Assembly (NCBI GenBank): GCA_009602735.1
Contig: WELA01001907.1
Coordinates: 278,129-342,128 of the forward strand
Direction of reading: 5' to 3'
Origin: Mesotaenium endlicherianum
Taxonomy: Eukaryota
DNA length: 64,000 nt
In this document: positions 52,446 to 64,000 of the stretch, piece after piece
Layout: each line of letters starts with the position of its first letter
Position numbering within the stretch: the first letter of the stretch is position 1
The notes under the pieces: generated by a model
Databases searched by the model: none
The model's input: the letters and a program-made list of their open reading frames with translations, nothing else
Told to the model about the DNA's origin: nothing
Program-made: the position numbers and the translations under genes

Positions 52446-54652
52446 AGGCTGGTGTTTTCTCTCGACTTTTGAGAGGTGCTTGTCTGGACACTGCTCTCTG
52501 AGTGACCTGGCTGCTGGCAATGGAAGCGAATCGATTTTGCTGAGGCTGGTCTCGGCTTAGTCCTACCACCACCTCTTCCATAGCCGCCTCAAGGGCAACC
52601 ACCTCTACCTCTAGACTATATGGCATTATACTCATACTCATATCCATCACCCTGATCATCCTCAGCCTGGTCTCCTTCAACTGCATTGTAGGAACCGTGG
52701 GGCTTTTTGACAATCTTAGACACCAAAGCGTTACTCTGGCGCTTGTGATTGAACTGCTGCTGATCCCAGGCGTCAGCATCCTGGATCAAGTCAGCCAGTT
52801 TCTCATACTTTTTCTCAGCAAAATGACCAGAGACCTCGGATTTCAAGCCATACCTGAAGTATGCTATCCTATACCGTTCTGGCAAGTCTGGCTGCTTCAT
52901 CATGTCCTCCTGGAACTTTTGAGCAAACTCAGCGACTGAAGTGGTCTGCTTCAGTGTCAGGGAGATCATCGCATAGATAGCTTTCTCCTGCTGGTTGATG
53001 ACATCAAACTTCTCATGCAACTTCTTGACAAACTCTACCCACGTAGGGTCACCGAGTTGCCGAGCCTTACGCTCTCCTTTCCAGTAAAGCCACCAGTCTG
53101 CGGCACTGCCTTTCAGTAGCGCACCGGTGTGCCTGACCTTCTCGTAATCTTGCAGTTCTGGGTAGTTCTCCAGCCACTGCTCAACATCCGCGAGAAACTT
53201 GATCAGGTAATATTTTCTGTTTCCCTCACGATTATATTCCTGGGGAGATTTTGGCTTGGGCTTACTAGGCCCTCGGCCACCACCACTAGGGGTTTGAGAC
53301 CTCAGTTGGTCTCTGTCCCGCAGTAGAGACATTATGATTCTTTTGTCCTCCTGCTGGGACTGATACATGGTCGCCATTTGCGACTGCATCTGAACGAACA
53401 ATGCTCCCAAGTCTACATTTTGGGGTGGTAGATTAGCAAATGCAGCAGCAGCATTGGCATCTACTCGCTGAGTAGTGTCCTCAACAATCCCTCTTGCTCC
53501 TGCAGCAGCAATTCCTGCCGCATTCAGCCGGTCACGTATTTGACCTAGGGGTACATTGAGTTGTACGGCAGGAGGTGGGTTCAGAACATTGGCCCTTGAT
53601 GCCATAAGTTCTTCAACAGTGCGCTCGTCAGCTGGCTGTCCTTCCCTCCTTTGTATATCTTCAGCGGCCTTTGCTACTTGTTCAGCTTCTAGTTTGGCTG
53701 TCTCCTCCTCAGCTTGCTGAGCTGCGACTGAGGCAATAGCAGCTGCCTCATCTGCTGCCTCCCTAGCTGCAGTATCCGCTATTGCTTCCGAGTAGGTACG
53801 GTTTCCCGCTACATGGCTTTCCGCCTGGTTTTTGACATTCTCGTTATCCTGGTTCTCCATGTCTCGAGAGTTGCTAGTTTGAGACCTTGTCCTTACCATA
53901 CAAAGAAGACTGTGATAACTGCTCTAGTAATACTGAAATGAATCGACTTACCAAATAGGCGATTAACAACAAACAAAGATCTTTATATCAGCAAGTAATC
54001 TTTATGGAGTTTTTGTTAACTGATTAAAGGGCAAAAGGACAAAACACAAGCAGTGAACAACACTCGTAATCAAATACGAGTATACTAGCATCAATAATGC
54101 ACTCACTAAACTCATACATAAGCAAGGTTAGAAGACAGTGCGTATCAATGGCTTCTCGCCTTGGATTCAGATCTCTCTCAGTAAGATGTACAAGAGAGTT
54201 GGCCTCGTTTCCGAATGCCGAACTCGAGAGCAATGCCTAGCATATGTACATGGAATGAGTTTACTGTTCAACGGCCAGTGCGATGGCACCGCCTACCCGG
54301 GAGTTAACCACGTTGGTAGGACCTCGGTTAACCAAATCCACCGCCATCTCCCATCATCCCGAATCGCCATCCATCATAGGGATGTCATCTGGCCATTCAT
54401 CTAACATACCACACTTAGATGCATATCGAGGCAGTTCGCCGCTACCGAGTACGGAAGTCAGCTGGCTGTCATAGAATGTGTCAGCAAGCTGACTTAAGTT
54501 GACTTCAGCTCACTGCTTCTGGCTGAGTCATTAAACTGATATTAAATGTGAAGTCCAGCACACTGATTATTAACTAGAGTTTAGCAGGCTGAACTTATTG
54601 AACTGTTATATTTAAATGAATATTATATCAACCAATATAGTGATTCATTACA

Positions 54653-57600
54653 TCTAGACACACACCATCGGGGGGCTTCTTACAACCGCTGCCCATCCCA
54701 GCTGGACGCTGGGAAACAATATCCATGGACTGGGTAGTAACACTGCCACGAATTGCCAATGGGCATGATTCGATACTGGTAGTCGTGGATAAATTGACAA
54801 AAATTGTCATTATCATTCCCACAACTCTCAAAGTAACTGCACTCGAAACAGCGAGACGGTTCTACAACCGTGTAGTATGCCAACATGGGCTACCCTTTAA
54901 TATCATCTCAGACAGAGACTCAAATTTACCTCTAAGTTGTAAAGAGCTTTAATGGGGTTAATAGGAGTCAAAGAGTTGCTTAGCACAGCAAATCATACTC
55001 AGACTGATGGGCAGACTGAAAGAAATAAACGAGTTCTGCAAGAGGTGCTGAGAGCATACATTAACCAAAAACAAGACAATTGGGATGACCTATTGCCTCA
55101 AATCCAGTTTGCGGTCAACAGTGCGGTGCACGCGTCAACGGGCAAGACTCCTTTTGAACTGAGCTTGGGTAGAGTCCCTAAGTCTCCTTCAGATGTACTA
55201 GGGGAGTCTTTATCTCACCCTGAAGGGATTGACAATCCGGTCTTCCTCCAGTTAACCCAGGAGTTTGCTGACACCCTGTCAGAAGTCCAACAGAACTTAC
55301 ACAAAGTCCAGGAAAACCAACAAAAATACGCTAATCAGCACCGTCGAGAATTGACATTCTCTAAGGGCGATTTGGTCAAATTGCATTCTCAGCACCTGTA
55401 CTTGCCTGGTGTGGTCAAGAAAACGCTTGATCCTGTCCGGGTCGGTACATATTCGGTGGTGCGCTGTGTTTGTCGGAATGCTTACAAATTGAACATGTCA
55501 GCAGAATACAAGGGTGACCCAATATTTAATGTCTTCTTCTTAGAACCATACATTGAAGGTGACACGCTGTTCACAGGTCGGTTACCTGTCCAAACGGGAC
55601 CGGTCCCCGCTGTCTGGGATGGTGACCCTGAGGAATATGAGGTCGAGGAGATTTTAGACGCTCGCTTTGTCCGTTGATCATCTAAATATGTCATGATGTA
55701 CCTGGTCAGATGGAAGACTTACGACGCCTCTGGGAACACTTGGGAATTTAAAGACCATTTGACCAATGCCAAAGGGGCGTTGAAATGGTTCCACCTTCGG
55801 GCGGCTGGCACCCCTCCCTAACTGTCATTTCAGTGGATATGGAGAGGTGACAGGAGGTTCTGTCTCCATATAAGTCGGAGGGGAATGTGACAGGTAGTGA
55901 CCGATAGTGGCAGTTGTGACAGGCAGGCCACCTTTCAAATTATGTTGAAGGGAGTGTGTTCCGTTTCGGGTTCAGCCAGGCAAATTGCATAACCATTTTG
56001 CACACTCAACCTGCCCTCATACACACTTTTTCTCTCTAACTCAATTCTCTCTTATGCTCACTCACACAAGGTACTACACACGAGGGACTCTTCCTATCAC
56101 GTTCTTCTGCACCACGGGCACTCAGTCGCGGCAAAGTATCATGACTTCAGTGACCGCATTGTGTTTATGATGGAGCAGGATGACTTAGAAGTCGGAACTT
56201 AAGAGGAATAGAAGAGCGGAAAAGACACATGCAAAATGCTTGCAATTCCGTGGCGACATCGAATCATCCTCCATCTCCGTTCGGGAATCACAACGACTCC
56301 AACAACAGCGGGAGGCACAAAAGAAGAAGAAAGAGGAGGAATAGGCCAGGCGGAGGCAGGAAGAACTGGACAGAAAAGCTGCAGAGGAGGCCAAGAAGAC
56401 AGAAGAGGAGAGGCAAGCTGAGGAGGGGCGGAGGCAGCAAGCAGAAGAAGAACAAATGAGAATTAGCAGCTACCGCTACACAGTGCTGGGCAAGGGCTTT
56501 GATCTACTGGAGGAGGCCTTCAAGTATGCCCAGAAAAGTCGCAGTGAGGCACAGCAGGACATCGTGCAGAGCGAAGGGGAGACATCTACAAACCTTTACA
56601 AGTATATAGAGGTCAGCACAGGACTCCTCCTTTACCACAATTATGCCAGAATGGTAGGATATATGGTCAGAGAGGCCAAGGTAATGGCCCAGGTGAATGA
56701 AGCAGGAGCTGTATCAATTCCGGGTATCTGGGGGAAAGATAAGGTCATCAGGATGATCCCCATGGACGCGGACAGCTTTAAGGACTCTACATCCCATAAC
56801 AGGTTCAAGGCAATGTATAATGAGGTGGAGAGAAGGAGCTGGGAATTTTTGGCAAGAGAAACCAATTAGCTGGACTTCGCAGGGCACTGGTACCCTTGTA
56901 CTATGAAAAGGACAGACCTTGCCTTCTTCCAGAAACCCAGTGTTAGTGTTGTCGAGGCGACAACATGTAAAGTTGGAGAGATTGTAATGAATCAGTATAT
57001 TGGTGAATATAATATTCATTTAAATATAATAGTTAAATAAGTTCTGCCTGCTAAACTTTGGCTAATATTGAGTCTGTTGGACTTTATAAAATAATCAGTT
57101 CAATGATCCAGCCGGGAGCAGCAGGCTGAAGTCAACTTAGGTCAGCTTGCTGACACATTCTATGACAGCCAGCTGACTTCCGTACTCGGTAGCAGTGAGC
57201 TGCCTAGATATGCATCTAAGTGTGGAGTGCTAGATAAATGGCCAGATGACATCCTTAGGATGGATGGCGATTCGGGATGATGGGAGATGGCGGTCGATTT
57301 AGTTAACCGAGGTCCTACCAATGTGGTTAACTCCCGGGTAGGCGGTGCCATCGCACTGGCCGTTGAACAGTAAACTCATTCCATGTACATATGCTAGGTT
57401 TTGCTCTCAATTTCTGCATTTGAAAACAAGGCCAACACCCTTGTACTGCTTACTGAGAGATATCTGGATCCAAGGCGAGAAGCCATTAATAAGGACTCTC
57501 TTCTAGCCTTGCTTATGTATGAGTTTATTGATTGCATTATTGATGCTAGTTTACTTGCATTTGACTTGCGAGTATTGTCCACTGCTAGTATGTTGTCCTT

Positions 57601-57701
57601 TGCTGTTTATTCAATTAATAGAAAATACCATAAAGATTATTTGCTCATATAAAGATCTTAATTAATTGTTAGTCACCTATTTGGTAAGTCAACTCATTTC
57701 A
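54653..57701 (+). mobile_element. 3' half of a family A element: integrase-chromodomain, truncated ORF3a (56180-~56942), PPT and 3' LTR 56983-57701
   Basis: Colinear with 18916-21172; a ~950-bp deletion then joins ORF3 to the pre-PPT hairpin; several stops. Confidence 0.92.
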
Positions 57702-58864
57702 GTGCTTCCTCCTTCATCCCCACCTGGCGCCAACAGGGTGGTCCTCCAAGCCCCGGAAGGGAACAATTTCACCTGCCAATCTCAGCGGTGCTCTAGCAGC
57801 TATGTACCCTCGTACTATGCTTCCCCGCCCTCTGCCTTTGCTGATTTCCACACAGGTCTATCGAATTTTCCGTCCCAGTCTAGCAGTTTTGCGAAGTACC
57901 CCTCTCCATACCCTCCGTCCTCGGGTCCTACGTCACCTGCCCCCAATTCCTATCCAGCCGCATACCAGGCTGCCATGCCAGGACCTAGCCCTAACCTTAG
58001 CCCTAACCCGAACCCTAATTCCACACCTCAAGATTTCTTTATGCATCAGCAGTTGGCTGCGATGCAAGCTGGTATGCAGGACATGAATTGTCGCGTTGGA
58101 TTTCGGCCTGATCCTATTACTGCTCGGTTCATTAGTTTGCATCCCCTTCCACCTTGTGGGCCTGGCCCCACTAATCCTTCCTGGTTCCCCCCACCTCCAG
58201 ACGGCGCATTTAATGTGACCAAGGAGAAGGACGGTGATCAGGCCGTGGGTGTCCATACCGTTCACAGTCGCCGGGTGGCTGCCCATGCGGCAACTGCCGC
58301 ACCGGCTGTGAGTCCAGACCACGGTCGGAGTGTGGTGCAGTCGGCCCAGCTTCTACGGTCGTTCAATCTCTTTGAGCCAGACGACACTCTAGAACCTGCT
58401 CACACTCGGTTGCTTGTATCGTCCGGGATGGGCTAGCTTGCCCTGCTGATGCAGGTACCTTGACCATCCTCCCCGACAACGTCCTCGCAGCCCAGCTGCA
58501 GGCGCAAGTGGTGTGCGATAACCTGCGCGCGGCGGCGGCTTCTAACAAGCGCGATTCGCTGTTACCCCCTTCGTATGCGCAAGTGGTGGCCGACCTACCT
58601 CAACCTTCTAGCCCGCCGCAACCGGCGACATCGCCTCTGCCCACACAAGCCCCCTTCCTACAGCGTTAGTGGTGGTGGAGGCGGACGCAGCTTCGGCTAC
58701 CTTGGCGACTTCTGTGGCCGTTCCTATCGGTCGCGCCGCAGCTCAGGTGGTTCGAGTCCTCTCAGGGAATCACTACAGTCGGGTGCTGAGCATTGCCTTA
58801 CACAGTCACCTCTTGCATCGGTCACGTCACCTATGCCCGGCATGCTGAGGAGTTTCGTCCTTCT
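57702..58864 (+). pseudogene. Pro/Ser/Ala-rich coding-like relic, possibly the continuation of the family D gag-like ORF
   Basis: GC-rich, ~245 open codons straight after the LTR; AVGVHTV echoes AVGVHAV in 37934-38169; bounded by A LTRs on both sides. Confidence 0.4.
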
Positions 58865-61800
58865 TGTAATGAATTAGTATAATCGTAAATATAATATTCA
58901 TTTATGTATAATAGTTAATTGGGTTCATTCTGTTGAACTCTAGTCAACATTCAGTCTGCTGGACAATATACCATTATCAGTTTAATGACTCAGCCAAAAG
59001 CAGCAGGCCGAAGTCAACTTCGGTCAGCTTGCTGACACATTCTTTGACAGCCAGCTGACTTCCGTATCCGATAGCAATTGAAAGGGGCAGAGTGCCCTAA
59101 TCGAAGCGTCGTAACTCACGAGGAAAGGAACTAGTTGCAACCATACTAAAGAGTGCAGCGGCATATTACTAAGAAGGCTTAGGAAAATTACTCAACATTT
59201 TGAGTAGCAAGAAACTGCTCACAAATGATGAAGAATGGAAGGCCTTGTCATTACAATCCCGTAGATATTTACAGAAGTGAAAACTGATAAGAAACGAAGA
59301 AGTTTTGCCTATTTATAATATTCTGCCCAAGTGCTCCTCTCTAGGAGGAAGCTACGGAATTTGTGTTTGTCAAATCGTCCCTTCCAGATAATTTGTGAGT
59401 AGGCCAGATCAGTCTCATCTGACGTGTCGGGCCAAATTGACGTCCACATACATGCATTGACATTACTCGAATATTTTATCTTAGGCACGCTAGGCTAAAC
59501 CACAACTTCTAGGTAAGTCGACCTAGTCGGCACTCCGCGTCAGCCAAACTTACATGAAGGTTCAAGTTCACTTCAACGAGCCAGATCGCTTGACGCTGTC
59601 GGTCAATCTGACGGTCGCTCTCACCGCAAATGAAGGACAGTCGTCAACCGACCTCATCACTAATTATATTCGGAATTCCATAACCCTCTAAATACTTGAC
59701 CAAATTCAATGAACTTTACATCAGAATAACCACAAAAATGAACTCTACACTACTAAGCAACCAAAAGATACTTTTGGGAAACTTAGAAATGCACTTTACA
59801 CACCTATGACCTTACAGCAGCGAACTGCCTAGATATGCATCTAAATGTGATATGCTAGATGAATGGCCAGATGATATCCTTGGGATGGATGGCAATTTGG
59901 GATGATGGAGATGGCGAAGGATTTGGTTAACCGAGGTCCTACCAACGTGGTTAACTCCCGGGTAGGCGGTGCCATCGCACTTGCTGTTGAACAGTAAGCT
60001 CATCCCATGTACATATGCTAGGTATTGCTCTCGAGTTCGGCATTTAAAAACGAGGCCAATTCTCTTGTACTGCTTACTGAGAGATATTTGAATCCAAGGC
60101 AAGAAGCCATTGATACGCACTGACTTCTAGCCTTGCTTATGTATGAGTTTACTGATTGCATTATTGAAGCTCATTTACTTGCATTTGACTTACGAGTATT
60201 GTCCACCGCTAGTTCGTTGTCTTTTGCTGTTAATCAATTGACAGAAATACCATAAAGATTACTCGCTAATATAATGATATGTATTCATTGTTAATCGCCT
60301 ATTGGTAAATTGATTCATTTCAGTGGTATCGGAGCAGCTATCACAGTAGTCGTGTATGATGAGGACTACGTCTCAAATTAGCAACTCTCAAAAAATAGAG
60401 GGTAAGGACAATGATAACATTGTAAAAGGGCAGGACGAAAGTTGCGTCTTTGGACCCCGTACCTACTTGGAAACGCTACACAATGCAAGAGCTAGAGAAG
60501 CTGCTGAGCAGGCAGCAGCTCTTGCTGCAGTAGCAGCTCAGTTGGCTGAGGATGAGCGTTTAGCCAAAGAAGTAGAGGAGGCAGTAAACAGGAGGGCCCC
60601 AGATGAAAGGACGGTGGAAGAGCATATGGCAGAAAGGGCCATTCTTCGAAACCAATTTCCTGTTGTGCCTACTGTCATACCTCTCCCTCAATTTCGCAGA
60701 CAGGTGAGCGCAACAGGCATAGCCGGAGCGGCAGCAATCGGGAATGCCGAAGCTGCTACTAATAGAGCTAATATTGCTGCTGTTGCGTTTGCTGGGCTAC
60801 CACCTCAGAACGTAAATCTGGGAGCCTTATTTGTTCAGATGCAAATGGCGAGCATGTATCAGTCCCAACAGGAGGACAAAAGGATCATGATGGCATTGCA
60901 GCGTGATAGAGACCAACTGGGTTCCCAAACCATTGGTGGTGGTGGGAGAGGACCTATTAAGCCTAAGCCAAAACCTCCCCAGGACTATGATCTTGAAGGA
61001 AACAAAAAGTATTACCTGATTAATCTTCGCGCTAATGTTGAGCAGTGGCTGGAGAACTACCCAAAATTGCAGGATTACAAGAAGGTCAGGCACACTGGTG
61101 CTCTACTAAAAGGCAGTGCAGCAGACTGGTGGCTGTATTGGAAAGGAGAGCGTAAGGCTCAACAACTCGGTGACCCTACTTGGGTAGAGTTTGTTGAGAA
61201 ACTACATGAGAAGTTTGATATTATCAATCAGCAGCAGAAAGCTATCTATGCCATGATCTCCATGACACTGAAGCAGACCACTTCAGTTGCTGAGTCTCCT
61301 CAAAAATTCCAGGAGAACGTGATGAAGCTGCCCGATTTGCCACAGCAGTATAGGATAGCACACTTCAAATATGGCTTGAAATTAGAAGTCTCAGGTCATT
61401 TTGCTAAAAAGAAGTATGAGAAATGGCTGGCTTGATCTAGGTGGCTGATGCATGGGCTCAACAGCAGTTCAATCACAAGCACTAAAGTAATGCTTTGGTG
61501 TCTAAGATTCTCAGAAAGCCCCACGGTTCCTGTAACGCTATTGAAGGAGACCAGGTTGAGGACGATCAGGGTGATGAGTATGAGTATGAGTATAATGCTA
61601 TGCAGTCTAAAGGGAGAGGTGGATATTCTCAAGGTGGCTATGGAAGAGGTGGTGGTAGGACTAAGCCGAGACCAGCCTCAGCAAAATCTGTGTGCTTCCA
61701 TTGCAAGCAGTTGGGTCACTTCAAAGAGCACTGTCCAGACAAGCACCTCCCAAAGGTCGAGAGAGAAGACCAGCCTTTAAAAGACAGCAACAGTCAGTAA

Positions 61801-63271
61801 TCCAGTCTACTGACTGTGAGGATTCTAGAGATAGTGAGTCGTCACTAGCTGCCCTCGTAGCAGGTATTATTGGTCTCGCTGAACTGCATTCACTATGCAT
61901 GCGTGACAAACAGATACAAAACACCATCAGCAATATGGATCCCTAGAGAGTGCACACTCTGGATGACCTTGTTCCACTTGATGTCGAACATTTCTTTGCT
62001 AAGTCAGGAGAACAATGTAAAAGTCAAGAAAAGTCAGTCTCCCCTATTCTACTGCATTGTATGATAGCAGGTAGGAAGGTGAGGGCATTTGTTGACGAAG
62101 GGACGTCACACATACTTTTATCCATAAGGACTTCGTTAAGCGGCTAAGGCTGCCAACTGTCACCCAAAGGAATACAAAAATATTTCTTGGAGATGCCTCA
62201 AGTATCTCGAGAGGAATTGTAACCAGGCCTATTGAGGTCCAGTTAGGTTCTGGCATTGCAATTCTAACTGAAACGCTTACATTTGAGGTACTCAACACCG
62301 GCTTTTATGATCTCGTGCTAGGTAGGGCCTGGCTTAATAGACATCAAGCTGAAGTGTGTTGGAGCAGAGATACACTGAAAGTGAGAGGAGCTAGTGATGG
62401 GCAGACTAACTTGGCACTGACTAGTGCTCTTTTTCTTGTCCTGTATGGATGGCAAATGAAGAAAAAGAAGAGACTTCCGGGAGGATGCAAATTGCTGAAT
62501 GCAATGGAGTTCGTCAAAAATTGGAACCAAAAGGAAGATAGAATGTTATGTCTGCTGCTAACAGAGGTACCTCCTCAACTTGAAGAAGTGGTTGAGAAAA
62601 AGGTGAGCCCTCCGGAGCACCCTACTGCTGCGAAAATTGTTGCTCAGTATACTGATATTTTTAATGTGCCTCCAAGATTGCCCCCTAAAATGGAAGTTGA
62701 TCATAAAATTGATTTACTACCTGGGAGTCAACCACCTTGTCAACGCACCTATGGCTTGTCTTATGTGGAGAGCGAAGATTTGAAAACACAGATTGCAGAA
62801 TTGGAGGAAAATGGTTATGTTTTCCCCAGTAAATCACCTCATGGAGCACCCATCCTATTTGTTAAGAAGAAAATTGTAGTATGCGAATGTGTGTGGATTA
62901 CAGAGCTTATAGTAGAATTACAGTAAAGAACAAGTTTGCTTTATCCAGAATCGAGGACTTGCTTGATACCCTGTTTGGTGCTAAAGTGTTCAGGATTGCT
63001 AGGGAGATCAACACAAGACTGCCTTCCGCACACATTATGGACACTATGAGTTCAATGTGATGCCATTTGGACTGACTAATGCTCCTACATCCTTCATGAA
63101 TGATATGAATAACATTTTCAGGCCTTACTTGGATAAGTTTGTGCAAGTCTTCTTGATGATATTTTAATTTTCTCTAGAAATGAAGCTGAGCATGCTGAGC
63201 ACTTAAAGACACATGGACACTCTGAGAAGGAACAAGTTATATGCTAAAATGAGCAAGTGTGATTTCTTTAA
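58865..63271 (+). mobile_element. Family A subfamily copy A5: 5' LTR 58865-60322 (split by solo LTR B), PBS 60324-60335, decayed gag from 60356 and pol to mid-RT
   Basis: LTR halves are colinear across the insertion; gag has a diverged N-terminus; pol homology ends at [10 protein letters not shown] near 63271. Confidence 0.92.
59079..59816 (-). mobile_element. Inverted solo LTR of family B inside the A5 LTR
   Basis: Reverse complement of the B LTR (TGAAAGGGG...CCTTACA); decayed TSD GCAAT/GCAGC. Confidence 0.93.
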
Positions 63272-64000
63272 TAAAAGGTCTCCCGAGGAAAAGACCATAT
63301 ATGGTCCAATAATGCACCACCTAAGTCACACTATATTGAAATGACCACTGAAGCTATGATTATGTGTATTAGACCACTAGAGAGCTTACATCACAAGGTA
63401 TTGCACTGGCCATGTGGCTCGCAATTTTCGGATAGGTAAGGTGTACTTATTGCACAAAGTGTGTACGATAACAAGAAACGACCAACTAGGGCCAACTTTG
63501 ACTTCACACAGTATGGGTTTGGATATGCACCAGCAGTTGTTGATTTGTTTTGGGGTAGGCATGTGTCTTACCTATTGTATGAATCAGATTTCACTTCATT
63601 TTGATCGATAGCTTTGTGCAGGCACGCTCTGTACTTAGTAGACCATATGGGATCTGGGTAGTTTCTGTACTTTTTAGGGCCTCATGCTACAAAGCATCAC
63701 AGTTCATAATTCATAACTCATTCTGTACACATGCAAATAGTAATCCGTAAAGTGGAGCTTAAAAACAAGGTGTTACTTTACTTACAAAAAAAATTATAGA
63801 GACAATCAATAAAAAAGAATTATTAATCAAATAATATTGCAGAATTGGCAGCTTTGCACACATGAAGCTGAACTGTATACGAAGCACAATACCTTTCATA
63901 TATGTTTTTGTTGCAGCTCCTCTGTAGAGTACTCAGCCTGTAGGGGCCACTATCTACATGTGCTATGTGCCTGTTGGTATGGTACTCCTCAAAGCAAGGC

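Larger units (their letters stand above)
45547..54652 (-). mobile_element. Family A copy A4 (inverted, decayed) carrying ORF3 type b; LTRs 53934-54652 and 45547-46259; no matching TSD
   Basis: gag from 53899 (premature stop at 52616), pol fragments 48408-52445, PPT and hairpin 46260-46295, mutated PBS. Flanks ACCGA and TCTAG differ. Confidence 0.93.

Noticed and set aside
57985..58020. CCCTAA-like telomeric repeats
   Set aside because: Short, degenerate and explained as Pro-Asn codons in the surrounding frame.
63272..64000. Right-edge sequence and 65-aa ORF
   Set aside because: No motif or structure that supports a call.

Overview
Eukaryotic, spliceosomal-intron-containing DNA, probably from a green alga or plant (initiator-Met primer sites, a degenerate CCCTAAA motif; the organism cannot be fixed from sequence). 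It is dominated by a nest of Ty3/gypsy LTR retrotransposons. Family A is a chromovirus with ~720-bp LTRs, present as six full or partial copies. It carries an extra ~550-aa sense ORF (ORF3) between pol and the 3' LTR, and ORF3 occurs in two strongly diverged versions on near-identical gag/pol/LTR backbones. Family B is a chromovirus with 744-bp LTRs: one apparently intact copy, one decayed copy and one solo LTR. There are two further solo LTRs (families C and E) and a split gag-like relic (D). Under these insertions lies a decayed minus-strand Ty3/gypsy element that encodes a C5 cytosine DNA methyltransferase upstream of its RT; the ORF track shows only a fragment of it. Host genes are a partial Pro-rich/CBM14-like (peritrophin-A) Cys-repeat gene at the left edge and a five-exon BCS1-type AAA ATPase. 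All boundaries, translations and difference counts were read by eye and may be off by a few bases.
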